Positions 54,574 to 64,000 of a stretch of 64,000 nt of DNA are shown here, piece by piece. The notes under the pieces are model-generated. The model was not told where the DNA came from. It saw nothing but the letters and a program-made list of their open reading frames with translations, and did no database searches. The stretch is taken from IMG/VR virus record IMGVR_UViG_3300036715_000213, positions 1-64,000 of that record. One strand, given 5' to 3'. A program made the translations under genes and the position numbers. Position 1 is the first letter of the stretch, and every line of letters begins with the position of its first letter. Source of the stretch: a virus.

Positions 54574-56225
54574 GAACCTACTCCTGTGGCGCTTACTCCG
54601 CTAACACCTAAGCGGAAGTTGACTGTTACATTGTTGATAGCTGTATTAGCTACAACACCATCCGGATTTGGAGATCCGTGAGTGTTGATAATAGCTACTT
54701 CACTATTTATTAACTCGAATTTCTTTATCAAAGTGCTACTGAACTTAGTTCCCGCTGGGTGAATCAAGTCAATAGAACTGCGGTACTCGTTGATGTCACG
54801 AGTAGTTTGTAATGAATATGCGTAGGCTTGGTAATACAGATTGTCGTGGATACGACTATTCTGATTAGAAATCAAACTACTATCATCACTGTATGTTGAC
54901 TTCTCTTTTGCGTAAGCTGAGTTGACTACTTTGATAGTCGCATAGGATGCTTCCCAAACGACTGGATCTTGTGTTTGTGATTCTTTAACCGGATCCAATA
55001 GCGGCTGATATGCTTGTAGAGTACCCATGTAATCTTCAAGTTGATAGTCTTCGTTGAAGAATTCACTGCCTCCAAGCTGGGTTAGAGAAATAACAACACC
55101 GTCACCAACTGGATCAGTGTTATCGTATATCGTTAGAGCTTGCTCATAGTGACCGTCATCCTGTTGAACTTGGGTAAATGTGTTTGAGTTACTTGAATTA
55201 TCCGCAATTGATTTGTACGATGAAATTGAGTATTGTTCTGCAGATAGTGGATATCCGTATTGTAGAATCTCAATACCTTCAAGTCCAGTATCAGCGTTTA
55301 CCTTTGTGACACGACAGATCGTAGACAATCCGCCAGTTGTTGCTGGAAGCTGGATAATCTGTCCTTTACGCCAATCAGCACCCTTGGTAACAGGAACAAC
55401 ACTGCTTGGAGTCGGCTTAACAACACCGGTGAATGTCTCAATGCTATTCTTAGTTACAGTAACCTTGTCTCCGATTTCAGCAGCATAGCCAACTGGCGGA
55501 ACAAAGTAGACAGCGTATGTATTTGTGTCTAGTGTTTTAATCTTCACTAGTTCAATAAGGTTCTTGGATGTACCGCTAACAAAGTGAAAGCCTAAGACTT
55601 CCGCATCAAGATTCGAATTGCGAGTGAGTACTACGTTCTGACTATCAGTAATGGAATCAATAACACCAACAAGCTCGCTATTGATATACAGGGAATTACC
55701 AATATTCGTAGAATCAAAAGCAGGCTTGCTGCTATGTATATTCTTAGAAGCCTTGCTAGCAGTGATACCGCCGACACCAGCCTTTTTAACTTGGGTTGTG
55801 ACAACAATTGGGTCATGCTCTAACAGTGTTCCAGTTTTCTTGGTTACATAGAAAAAGAAGTCACCAACTGCCTTTGCTCCAGACGCAACCAAATAGTCTG
55901 GACGAATGATTTCAACGTCATCACCAAAGTACGCATTAAAGAAATATGTGAACGCTTCTTCTGTACCCTTACGCGAGAAGAAATCCTTATTATTAAGGAT
56001 AAAATCCTTCACGCTCATGTTCTTTGGATCGCTAAATCCCTTGGCTACAATGTTCTTGTATAGATGGATGTAATCAGCATCCGCATTATCCAGAAATGCA
56101 GAGTCAATGGTCTGCAGACTTTCCATGTAGCGATAATACGCTTCAATGAAAGCTACAAGACCCGGATACTCTGCCTGGATAAACTCAGGCAGTTTTATAC
56201 TCGATAAGAGTGCTAATTTATTCAT
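54570..56225 (-). CDS. baseplate wedge protein (gp7-like)
   Basis: LPEFI..EYP..V.F.EAYY.YM, KGTE.AF..FF...F, IHD..YYQ.Y.Y, HPAG. Confidence 0.75.
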   Translation of the reverse strand: MNKLALLSSIKLPEFIQAEYPGLVAFIEAYYRYMESLQTIDSAFLDNADADYIHLYKNIVAKGFSDPKNMSVKDFILNNKDFFSRKGTEEAFTYFFNAYFGDDVEIIRPDYLVASGAKAVGDFFFYVTKKTGTLLEHDPIVVTTQVKKAGVGGITASKASKNIHSSKPAFDSTNIGNSLYINSELVGVIDSITDSQNVVLTRNSNLDAEVLGFHFVSGTSKNLIELVKIKTLDTNTYAVYFVPPVGYAAEIGDKVTVTKNSIETFTGVVKPTPSSVVPVTKGADWRKGQIIQLPATTGGLSTICRVTKVNADTGLEGIEILQYGYPLSAEQYSISSYKSIADNSSNSNTFTQVQQDDGHYEQALTIYDNTDPVGDGVVISLTQLGGSEFFNEDYQLEDYMGTLQAYQPLLDPVKESQTQDPVVWEASYATIKVVNSAYAKEKSTYSDDSSLISNQNSRIHDNLYYQAYAYSLQTTRDINEYRSSIDLIHPAGTKFSSTLIKKFELINSEVAIINTHGSPNPDGVVANTAINNVTVNFRLGVSGVSATGVGS

Positions 56226-58027
56226 CTTGACAATGAGAAGACGTGTTCAGTACGTGCGTTGCGGACTTGGGATAGCTTATCAACTAGGATATTTACCTTC
56301 ACATGTTCCGGCTTCATACGGACAATAACACCATTTGGTGGAATAACGTCGTACGAGCTTGGATAAAATACAAATTCAAACTGCTCATCGTATAGCGATG
56401 TTAATGTGATATTGTTTAGGTTAATCTTACCGTTGAAGTCAATAGTACCTACTGTCTCTTGATAGAAAGGTACACCGTTCGCATCTTCAGTGTAGAATTC
56501 AATATCAGATCCATTGTTCTTCAAGTATCCACGATCAGTATATCCCTTCATGTAGAAGCGAGTGCTAAAGAACGTTGCAGTATTACTTGATGCAATTGGG
56601 TTATAGAAGTTGATACTATAGTTCTTCTCTACATTATACATCGGCTTTATTGTGTAACGGATACGGATTGTGTTGATTGAGCTAACAATTGACAGCTCTG
56701 TTGAGTCAATCTTTGTAGTCAACACCGAGTGGCGATATGCGCTCTCAAACTTAGCTAGTGTATTTCCATAGTCGTTGATAACTGCGGTAACTTGATTAGC
56801 CAGTTCTCCAGCAGTGTAAGCAGTCTTACCTGGAGCGTAGTAAACGTTCGCTTCAATTTCTATGTTATAGTATGCTGGATCTACGAACTCTGGAGTTACT
56901 GTAACCATGCTACGACGTCCCAGAATACCTTGCTTAATCTCATTCTTTTCCAGCGCACTAAACACATCGCGACCGTAAGGTTTCGCTGAGATAAACACCT
57001 TACCGTATTGTGGTGGAATGTTATCTTGTCCGCCCCATACGTTAATCGACTCAATCTGCGGATACATTTCGGATACGACTGCTGCGTAGTCATTAGCAGT
57101 TACAGCACGGTTCTGGGCTTGATAGCTTAGTGGAGCAAAGAAGCGGATTGATTCCTTATCCTCTTCATCGGATCCCATTGCGCTTGCCAAGTTAGTGACA
57201 ATGTCATAACCCTTAGTAGAATCTAGTCCACCTGCGTATGAGAAGATAGCTGCTGCGTTTGCTGCAGCACCGCTCGAGATCAAATAACGCATTGTAACGA
57301 CGCAACCGTTTGGAACAACGGTACCAAATGTACCGTCACCGAATGTTACTTCGTACAAGTTATCCTCAACATGACGAATAAAGAACACGTTATCAGTGGA
57401 CTTTGTGTCAACAGTAGATTTAGCATTGTTGTATATTGTAGTGCTGCTATTTGATGGATCGAATACTGAGATCTTGATGGTAGTCGTATCTACGTTCAGT
57501 TCCGGAACAACATAGCGAGTCTCTGGATTAGCGACGTATGTAATCTTACCTAGAGAACCTTCGTATATTAGAACGTTTGAAAATGTGAAGAATGACTCGC
57601 TTGGGAGTTTAGTTATGCTAATTGGCTCAATTAGATTGAACGTAAACTGAGTATTATTTACTTCAGTTGTGAACGTTGCTCCGGCATCTAGAGTCAGGGC
57701 GTTGGAGCTAATTCCGTAGGTTCCAACGGTAATATCCACGTTTGCACGCGCGCTTGAAACGCTACGTGGAACATAGCCTAGCAGTTTAGCTAGTGAGGAA
57801 ATACTACTACGCTTGGATGCGCTATCAATAAACATCTCATTGATAGCCATATTCGTGTAAAGAGCATTGTAGTGCGTATTGTACGCCAACAGATCAATTA
57901 CAGTGGAAATAACAGAGCCGTCAAAGTCGTAATCAGCGAGCTCATCCTGATCTGATAGAAACATCTTTAGATTTTGCTTAATACTAGAAAAATCCAAGTC
58001 TCCAGTATTGATTAAACGGCTTGTCAT
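56222..58027 (-). CDS. gp6: baseplate wedge subunit
   Basis: LDF..IK.NLK.FL, DYDF.GS, LAYNTHYN, FGDG.FG, QNRAVT..DY, WGG.D..PP.YGKVFIS.KP. Confidence 0.95.
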   Translation of the reverse strand: MTSRLINTGDLDFSSIKQNLKMFLSDQDELADYDFDGSVISTVIDLLAYNTHYNALYTNMAINEMFIDSASKRSSISSLAKLLGYVPRSVSSARANVDITVGTYGISSNALTLDAGATFTTEVNNTQFTFNLIEPISITKLPSESFFTFSNVLIYEGSLGKITYVANPETRYVVPELNVDTTTIKISVFDPSNSSTTIYNNAKSTVDTKSTDNVFFIRHVEDNLYEVTFGDGTFGTVVPNGCVVTMRYLISSGAAANAAAIFSYAGGLDSTKGYDIVTNLASAMGSDEEDKESIRFFAPLSYQAQNRAVTANDYAAVVSEMYPQIESINVWGGQDNIPPQYGKVFISAKPYGRDVFSALEKNEIKQGILGRRSMVTVTPEFVDPAYYNIEIEANVYYAPGKTAYTAGELANQVTAVINDYGNTLAKFESAYRHSVLTTKIDSTELSIVSSINTIRIRYTIKPMYNVEKNYSINFYNPIASSNTATFFSTRFYMKGYTDRGYLKNNGSDIEFYTEDANGVPFYQETVGTIDFNGKINLNNITLTSLYDEQFEFVFYPSSYDVIPPNGVIVRMKPEHVKVNILVDKLSQVRNARTEHVFSLSR

Positions 58028-58416
58028 CTTGTTCTATCCAATGCGAATGTTATGTTGAACGGCTTCTCAGTGTTCTTGATCTTGAAGTTAATGTTGACCA
58101 TAACTTCGTTATTATCGGGCTTTGCATCAATATTTATTGATGTGACAGTTACTCTCGGTTCATGGTTTGTGATTGCATTCAGTATCACCTGCTTCATTAT
58201 AATGATAGTCGTGTCGTCGATTAATTCAAACAGGAAACGGTTTAGCTGCGATCCAATGCTACTATCAAACGGGCGCTCATAGTTACGAGTCAGAACAAGG
58301 TTCTTAATCGAGAATTTGATTGCCTGCTCATCCTTGCGTAGAGAGATGTCACCAGTAATTGGATTAGCTGCAAACGTTGCATCTATGTCTGAGTAATTTC
58401 TATATTTGCGTGCCAT
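58024..58416 (-). CDS. gp25: baseplate wedge subunit
   Basis: YSD.D..F..NP.T.D, AIK.S.KNL.LT..YERPF...G, EPRV. Confidence 0.95.
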   Translation of the reverse strand: MARKYRNYSDIDATFAANPITGDISLRKDEQAIKFSIKNLVLTRNYERPFDSSIGSQLNRFLFELIDDTTIIIMKQVILNAITNHEPRVTVTSINIDAKPDNNEVMVNINFKIKNTEKPFNITFALDRTR

Positions 58417-58781
58417 TAGTATTTCGCTTCCAAATCTGATATATCCGCAAACTGTTGTGCGAACGTTCCATCGGAGAATCCAGGTTTAGTTCCACCACCA
58501 TCGCCAGCGATTACATTTGGCGATCCTTCTGCATTAAAAGAACCACAAGCAATTTGATCCCCAACTCTTGCCAGCGACTTACCGTTAACAAATACAGTTG
58601 GTGCTCCCTTTGCTTGATGTGAATCGTGGCATTTACCGGAACAATGCACAATCCAATGATCACCAACTCGATGTGCCCCAAGATTATTTATGAACACATC
58701 TCCGGACGCTGAATCGTTTGGGCGCGGTGGCCAGGGTCCATGACCCGTACATATATCACCTAATCTTACTGCTGCTGGCAT
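58416..58781 (-). CDS. PAAR spike-tip protein (gp5.4-like) with short C-terminal extension
   Basis: MPAA.RLGD..TGH, AHRVGD, VFVNG...ARVGD..CGS...GSPNV. Confidence 0.92.
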   Translation of the reverse strand: MPAAVRLGDICTGHGPWPPRPNDSASGDVFINNLGAHRVGDHWIVHCSGKCHDSHQAKGAPTVFVNGKSLARVGDQIACGSFNAEGSPNVIAGDGGGTKPGFSDGTFAQQFADISDLEAKY

Positions 58782-61303
58782 TATGCTACCGAGATGATTG
58801 TTGTTAGGTTCGGGCTAACACGTTTGTCGTTTACCATTGTAAACTTCTCCATACGCAATCCACGCTTGTCGTTAAACGCAACATGAATCCATGTTGATGA
58901 TCCACGAGTCTCAAAAATCAACTGAGTATATGCTGGCAATAGTTTAGCGATTTCAACGGCTGCTTCGTAATGTTGCATACGGTTAAATCCGCTCAACTGG
59001 AAGTCACAAGCACACCCATATAGGTGATCGGATGTTGTAGATCCGCCTTTTGGAACGCTATTACGGAATCCGCTGGTTGGGTGCATGTTTGGATACGCCT
59101 TCTTGATTGGCTCGAGACAGTTTTCAGCCAGCTTCTTTAGGTTACATACTGCTTCAGCTCGAGTGAGTTGAACTGCTGGAGGTGAGCTTAGACGATCTCC
59201 ATTCAAGTCTCTCAACTTAAAGTTTGGACTCAACTGGAACGACAAGTCAACAGGACCTTCGTTTGGAATCATCGAGCAGTCAGTTACCTTTGGATTTGGT
59301 TTTTTCTGATCAGTTGTGTCTTTAATTTCTTCAGTTTGTGGCGCACTATCATTTGGTGCTTGAGTTGGATCCGAGCTGTCAGTTACACCACTTGCTTCCA
59401 GCTTCTTATTGTAATCTGTTGGATCTCCATCCTCTGGAGTTTCATATTGAGCAACTTGTTCATCGCTACGAGTCGGAACTTGAAGTGTTGGGAAGTCTGG
59501 CAAGCCACCAGCCGAACCTTTTCCAGTTACATTACTGAGACTCTGTCCTTTACCGCTGTTCAAGTCAAGACGGCTTCCATCCCATGAACCAGATCCGCCA
59601 GTATTGATCATAGTGTTACCGCCAGAAGCGATGTTAATATCACCCTTGACATTCATGTTCAAATCACCAGTAATACCCAGGTTAAAATCGCCACCAACTG
59701 TTTGGTTAACGTTACCAAGTACATCAATGTTAGCATCGTTTTCGACGCGAATATTATTATTCCCAATGATTGTCACGTTCAACGATCCACGAATTAGAAC
59801 GTTACCGTTCCGTTCCAGGATTTCATATGCGTCACCAACAATACGATTAACTCGTGTTCCGTTAACATCAATTTCCTCATATGTTCCGGAGCGGTGATAT
59901 GTATGGATACGTTCGTTACCCTCTGTATCATCAAACTCTTGTACGTGTCCGCTTTCAGTTACACGCGCATGATTATATGGATACTTGGCATTGTATGGGA
60001 TTGGAGGTTGACTCCATTTACCGTCGCCTCCCGAGATAACACCCTTTGCGCGTGCTGACTCTTTAGCAAACACAATAGTCTGGTCAATCTTTTCGTGACG
60101 TGCTAGACGATGTGTATCCGGCTCATCGAAGAACTTTGGATAAACGCCGTTTGGATCCTTAAATCCTTCTAGCTTACGAGTTTCAGTAGTCGTTGATCCA
60201 GTTTGTTTCGCATCAGCTGCACCTGGTTGTTCCCCGGGCGCGTATGGAGTGACAACTGGATTTTGAGTTGCGGCATCAACTACTGGTTGTGTTTGCTCTG
60301 GAGGTGGAGTAACACTACTCATGTCCTTTGTTGGGAATCCATCCTTACTAAACAGAGCTTTTTCACGACCGCGGCGCGCAGCTAATGTGCCTTTGTTGTT
60401 TCGAAATGTAGTAATCAAGGCAGCAGCTTGTTCGTAGTTTGCCGCATTGACTGCACTGAATACTGCGGAACTTGTCATGCCATCAACACCCGCATTGTAC
60501 GCCATGGATACAAGCGCATCAAACATACTTTGAGTAACTGGAGCAGTCAGCTTCTTCTGTATCTGTGGACCAAAAAAGTTGTTAACTGCATCCTTCATCA
60601 ACGCATCCGCTTCATCCTTTGTTAGACGAGTTTCTGATGTAACTGGATTCGATTTACCACCATTGAGAAACGTAGATCCCCACCCAATAGTCCAGATACC
60701 CTTTGTATCTTGATATGGATATATTGGAGTATTTCCAGCTAAAGCATTGAACTTCTCGACACGGATGTAATTGTTCTTACCTTCAACAGTGCTACTGAAC
60801 GCTTCTTCATCTCGGATGCTAGTAAAGCAATCAGGACCAGGAACTAAGGCAGACGTTGGCTTCTTGATTGTCGAATCAACTGCGCTTAACTTACCTTCTG
60901 GAGCCTTTGGCGTTCCAGATTGTACTGGATCACCCGAGCTGTCTTTGAGAATAAAACCGTCGGATGTTGTCCAAACTGCTGACTCAGTAGTAAGAACAAC
61001 CTCTACTGACTTATCAACAGGTTTAACAGGAATACCAGCAACTGATCCAATGATGATTGGTTGCTGTTGATTTTCATCGCGGAAAATAACAATAACAGTC
61101 GTACCCTCAACCAATCCTGTTGGCGATTGTCCAATACCGCTATTAGCAGCACTAGTGATTGGCTGCATAATTGTAGCCCAAGGTAAATCTGCTGTTGGTA
61201 ACTCTACTTTGTCTGGCGAGTGTAATCCCAAGACACGGACACGGCAACGGCCCAGTTTTAGCGGGTCGTTTAGACGATCTTCAACTACTCCAACATAGTA
61301 CAT
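58781..61303 (-). CDS. gp5: baseplate hub / tail lysozyme with extra C-terminal M15 peptidase
   Basis: OB fold GVVEDR.DPL.LGR.RVR..G.H; lysozyme Y.D..G.WTIG.G, FDAL.S..YN.G; YPYNH..ESGH..E.DDT..ERI..HR.GT; beta-helix; SGFR..SDH..G.A.D..WIHV. Confidence 0.93.
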   Translation of the reverse strand: MYYVGVVEDRLNDPLKLGRCRVRVLGLHSPDKVELPTADLPWATIMQPITSAANSGIGQSPTGLVEGTTVIVIFRDENQQQPIIIGSVAGIPVKPVDKSVEVVLTTESAVWTTSDGFILKDSSGDPVQSGTPKAPEGKLSAVDSTIKKPTSALVPGPDCFTSIRDEEAFSSTVEGKNNYIRVEKFNALAGNTPIYPYQDTKGIWTIGWGSTFLNGGKSNPVTSETRLTKDEADALMKDAVNNFFGPQIQKKLTAPVTQSMFDALVSMAYNAGVDGMTSSAVFSAVNAANYEQAAALITTFRNNKGTLAARRGREKALFSKDGFPTKDMSSVTPPPEQTQPVVDAATQNPVVTPYAPGEQPGAADAKQTGSTTTETRKLEGFKDPNGVYPKFFDEPDTHRLARHEKIDQTIVFAKESARAKGVISGGDGKWSQPPIPYNAKYPYNHARVTESGHVQEFDDTEGNERIHTYHRSGTYEEIDVNGTRVNRIVGDAYEILERNGNVLIRGSLNVTIIGNNNIRVENDANIDVLGNVNQTVGGDFNLGITGDLNMNVKGDINIASGGNTMINTGGSGSWDGSRLDLNSGKGQSLSNVTGKGSAGGLPDFPTLQVPTRSDEQVAQYETPEDGDPTDYNKKLEASGVTDSSDPTQAPNDSAPQTEEIKDTTDQKKPNPKVTDCSMIPNEGPVDLSFQLSPNFKLRDLNGDRLSSPPAVQLTRAEAVCNLKKLAENCLEPIKKAYPNMHPTSGFRNSVPKGGSTTSDHLYGCACDFQLSGFNRMQHYEAAVEIAKLLPAYTQLIFETRGSSTWIHVAFNDKRGLRMEKFTMVNDKRVSPNLTTIISVA

Positions 61304-62592
61304 TATTTGGTCTTTCCAATAGAATCGCGAATTAGCTCAAGCGTGCATTCATGTTTACCAGTACGGTCAAACCGATGTGCCACTGCGGATATTAGATATT
61401 TACCGCTCAGCATTGGATCGTAAATGTCGTCTTTTGATGTCTTATTGTCGAATTGGCGTAGCGCATTAATGTCAACCTTTACAGTACGTCCAACCGTGTA
61501 ATCAGTACGTCCAAACACAGTGATCTCAATACGGTGTTGCTGCATCTGATTGATAATTCCAATACGTTGCTGTTTCACTTTGTAATCAGATACTTCAGTC
61601 GTATTGTCGTACAGCTTCATGTGGTGTGCTTGATTGAGCATCACGGTACTATTTGTACCCTTAAAGGATCCGCTAATCAGCTTCTCCGTGTAGAACTTGT
61701 TTGGATTTGCACGTGCACGAGTATCATCATTTGCAGTGTATGTTGTATCAGTAAACTTCTTTGTCACTGTATCGTAAGAAAACATACGAGTGCTTAGAGC
61801 ACCGTTTGCCTTGTCCTTGATGTAATCGTAAAGTGCTGGAATGCGAACTAGCAATATGTTACGGTAATCATTAGCTAAATCTTTAAACACATCACCGGAG
61901 TTCATTCCGTCTGTAGCGATAGACGACAAACTGTTATCAGTCGTAAAGTACAATTTTGGTTCTTCATTGCTCATTTTAGCTAATGATTTGAAATTAAATC
62001 CCTTACGGTTCTCGAAGAATATCATACTTGGAGTATTGTCTTCGGAGCATACAGCTAAATCAGCATTATAAGAAAAGTTCTTAATCGGACTCCAATAGTT
62101 GGAAGTGTATGTTATATCGCTAGTAGTTGAATCGATATTGAACGGTACGCTAGTAGATATGTCATCCGTTAGAATCTTCTTGATATTGTCTTCTGCCTTA
62201 CCGCGGAATGTACGACTCAAGTTCATCCCAGATTCAATCAGGCTTTCTAAAGCGACAAAGTGATACACGTATGTTTGTGCTCGCTCGCCAGTCTTTTGTT
62301 GATCAGATAAGCGATAGATGTGAAACAAACGATTAATTTCCTGCTCTTTGTTAATCGTTGGTGTCTTAATTACTAAACGAAGCAAATCAGTACCGGAATC
62401 ACCAAACAAAGCAGGTAAATCCACTGTATCTGACATAACCAAGTTACCGCTCATGAATGGGCTAAATAAGTCCTCATAGATAGTAATCAAACTAACTTGA
62501 TCGCGAATGTCAACAGCAAGCCCACCGTTTGGCTGTAATATATCAATAGCAATTAAAGAGTATTGCCCTGCATAGACTAGTGAATCGCTCAT
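61303..62592 (-). CDS. baseplate hub protein (gp27-like position)
   Basis: IYEDLFSPFMSG, FFEN..GFNFKS, G.T..TVG, SGKYLI.A..H.F...H...LE..RDS. Confidence 0.75.
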   Translation of the reverse strand: MSDSLVYAGQYSLIAIDILQPNGGLAVDIRDQVSLITIYEDLFSPFMSGNLVMSDTVDLPALFGDSGTDLLRLVIKTPTINKEQEINRLFHIYRLSDQQKTGERAQTYVYHFVALESLIESGMNLSRTFRGKAEDNIKKILTDDISTSVPFNIDSTTSDITYTSNYWSPIKNFSYNADLAVCSEDNTPSMIFFENRKGFNFKSLAKMSNEEPKLYFTTDNSLSSIATDGMNSGDVFKDLANDYRNILLVRIPALYDYIKDKANGALSTRMFSYDTVTKKFTDTTYTANDDTRARANPNKFYTEKLISGSFKGTNSTVMLNQAHHMKLYDNTTEVSDYKVKQQRIGIINQMQQHRIEITVFGRTDYTVGRTVKVDINALRQFDNKTSKDDIYDPMLSGKYLISAVAHRFDRTGKHECTLELIRDSIGKTK

Positions 62593-63119
62593 TTAGTGAA
62601 AGCCTCATCTAAATCTTTAATAAAAATACCGATTAGGTTTGGTAACACGATACGAATTCGACGTTTAGTATCATTCAATGTACGTTCGTAATCCGTATTG
62701 GTAATTGGTGTAAGAATACTATCCACTGGATTAAGCGGAGCATCCACAATCTTACCGCTTGGATCAACCCAATGTTGACGTCCATACAGCAAGTGGATAT
62801 CATTCTCATGTCCTTCACCGTATTTCATAGTGATATACTCGTCCAATTTGTTTTGTGGCATTGGCCAATCATCCAAGTAATTGTACTTTTCGTTAACCAA
62901 CATCAAAATCCAGTGTAATTCTGGATTACCATACAAACGCTCCGCGATAACTTCTGGAGTGTCCATATCATTGATGTCATAGTCACCGTAATACAATGTA
63001 TTCTCAAGAATGCGTTTTACTGGGCGGACGTTAGCAGTTATATCCGTGACAGCACGAACACCCAGCTTGTCGCCAATCTGGAAGGCATACTGTAACTTCT
63101 TGAATTTGCTGAAATACAT
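62589..63119 (-). CDS. gp53: baseplate wedge component
   Basis: MYFSKF, Y.I.D..TPE.IA..LYG....HW...L.N, DWP, YE...N..KR.I. Confidence 0.92.
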   Translation of the reverse strand: MYFSKFKKLQYAFQIGDKLGVRAVTDITANVRPVKRILENTLYYGDYDINDMDTPEVIAERLYGNPELHWILMLVNEKYNYLDDWPMPQNKLDEYITMKYGEGHENDIHLLYGRQHWVDPSGKIVDAPLNPVDSILTPITNTDYERTLNDTKRRIRIVLPNLIGIFIKDLDEAFTK

Positions 63120-64000
63120 TTATGCTCCTGAACGCATGCTTGGGCTAGTTTCTTTACTTGGGGTACCAAGTTCCTTGAATCGTAATGTCACACTGATGTG
63201 TGTCGGCATACCATTGTCAAACGTTGAGTACTGACCGTTTGGTGTATAGTTGATAGTCATATTAGTTAGCACCGCGGTGATATGGTGTTCCAGATACTTA
63301 TTTTCTTCAACACCATGGTAATAACGAATCTCAAACTCCGATGGATAGATGTAGATGAATTTTCCAGAATCCAAAAACTCCGGCAACATATGATGGCGGA
63401 ATGTACGGATAATCTCTAATACGTTACCAGCTTCTGATTCAGTTTTCGGAGCGAACTTGTAATCGAACGTAAACTCACCAAAATCAACGGAGCGGAACAA
63501 TAATTGCGCCTTGCTATTTCCCGGTGTCAATCCAGCGGCTTTTTGGGCGTACTTTTGTCCGCCCAGTACCTTGGATGCTAATCCACCCAATGCGTTTTCT
63601 TTGATTTCTTCTGTCCCATCTTCTCGTGTACTTTTGTTGAATAGCTTAACACCACCCAACAGTATTCCGGACCATATTTCACCAGTAACCATGGAATCGC
63701 CATCCTCCATGTTCCAATCGACACTATACGCCTTTGTAAGTGATTCCGGAACATACAGAGAAATGGCACGCGATAAACGACGCTTTGGCTTAGTTATATT
63801 CAGCTCTTCATCCAATTGAGTTGCATTTTTCTTCAATTCGTCGCCGGATGATGTTATGTAACGATATGGCTCAAGCTCAATGGTTGGGAAAGAATCTTGA
63901 GTACCACCTTTTGCAATTTTGCCAGCACCTTGCACGTTGATATAAAACAATACTCGGTTCTTACCGTATTCATCGGAATTGCCGGATAGTGTTTCTGGAT
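63120..64000 (-). CDS. gp48: baseplate tail-tube cap; start lies beyond the window edge
   Basis: LF..V.F..F.F.YKF.PK...EA..V..II..F..HM.PE, YPSEF.I, LTNM..NY.PNG, G.P..I...L.FKE; frame stays open to 64000. Confidence 0.9.
   Translation of the reverse strand, partial: PETLSGNSDEYGKNRVLFYINVQGAGKIAKGGTQDSFPTIELEPYRYITSSGDELKKNATQLDEELNITKPKRRLSRAISLYVPESLTKAYSVDWNMEDGDSMVTGEIWSGILLGGVKLFNKSTREDGTEEIKENALGGLASKVLGGQKYAQKAAGLTPGNSKAQLLFRSVDFGEFTFDYKFAPKTESEAGNVLEIIRTFRHHMLPEFLDSGKFIYIYPSEFEIRYYHGVEENKYLEHHITAVLTNMTINYTPNGQYSTFDNGMPTHISVTLRFKELGTPSKETSPSMRSGA

Noticed and set aside
1010-63819. Numerous + strand and nested ORFs of 60-180 aa in the ORF track
   Set aside because: They are shadows of well-supported - strand genes, with no recognisable motifs.
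1-64000. CRISPR array or cas genes
   Set aside because: No regularly spaced direct repeats with unique spacers were noticed.

Overview
A 64-kb piece of a large T4-like (Tevenvirinae/Straboviridae-related) myophage genome. Essentially every real gene is on the - strand. From 1 to ~16 kb is the replication, recombination and transcription block: the 5' end of gp43, DexA, Hsp20, RegA, gp62/44/45, gp46/47, gp55, UvsW and UvsY. It also contains an RNA-gene island. From ~16 to 64 kb is the virion block: gp3, a gp57B/Acb1-like 2H phosphoesterase, gp23-gp17, gp15-gp13, fibres, VrlC-like proteins, gp8, 7-like, 6, 25, PAAR, 5, 53 and 48. The most notable observations are these. (1) A circularly permuted, two-piece tmRNA gene with tag ANDERFSLVA, next to an HNH endonuclease whose RBS is hidden in a late-promoter hairpin, a tRNA(CAT) and an unidentified structured RNA. 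(2) An intein in the DExH motif of UvsW that is broken by an in-frame TAA exactly at the end of its N-splicing half, making it a candidate natural split intein. (3) A VrlC/DUF4815 virion gene split in two, whose N-half ends in Pro-rich linker-GGGG-Hint. (4) A ~15-kb island of lectin and siphophage-type structural genes between the neck genes gp13 and gp14. (5) Several collapsed-gene scars, including homing-endonuclease remnants, and an ATT start on gp3. All calls come from motif recognition by eye; no database searches were run.
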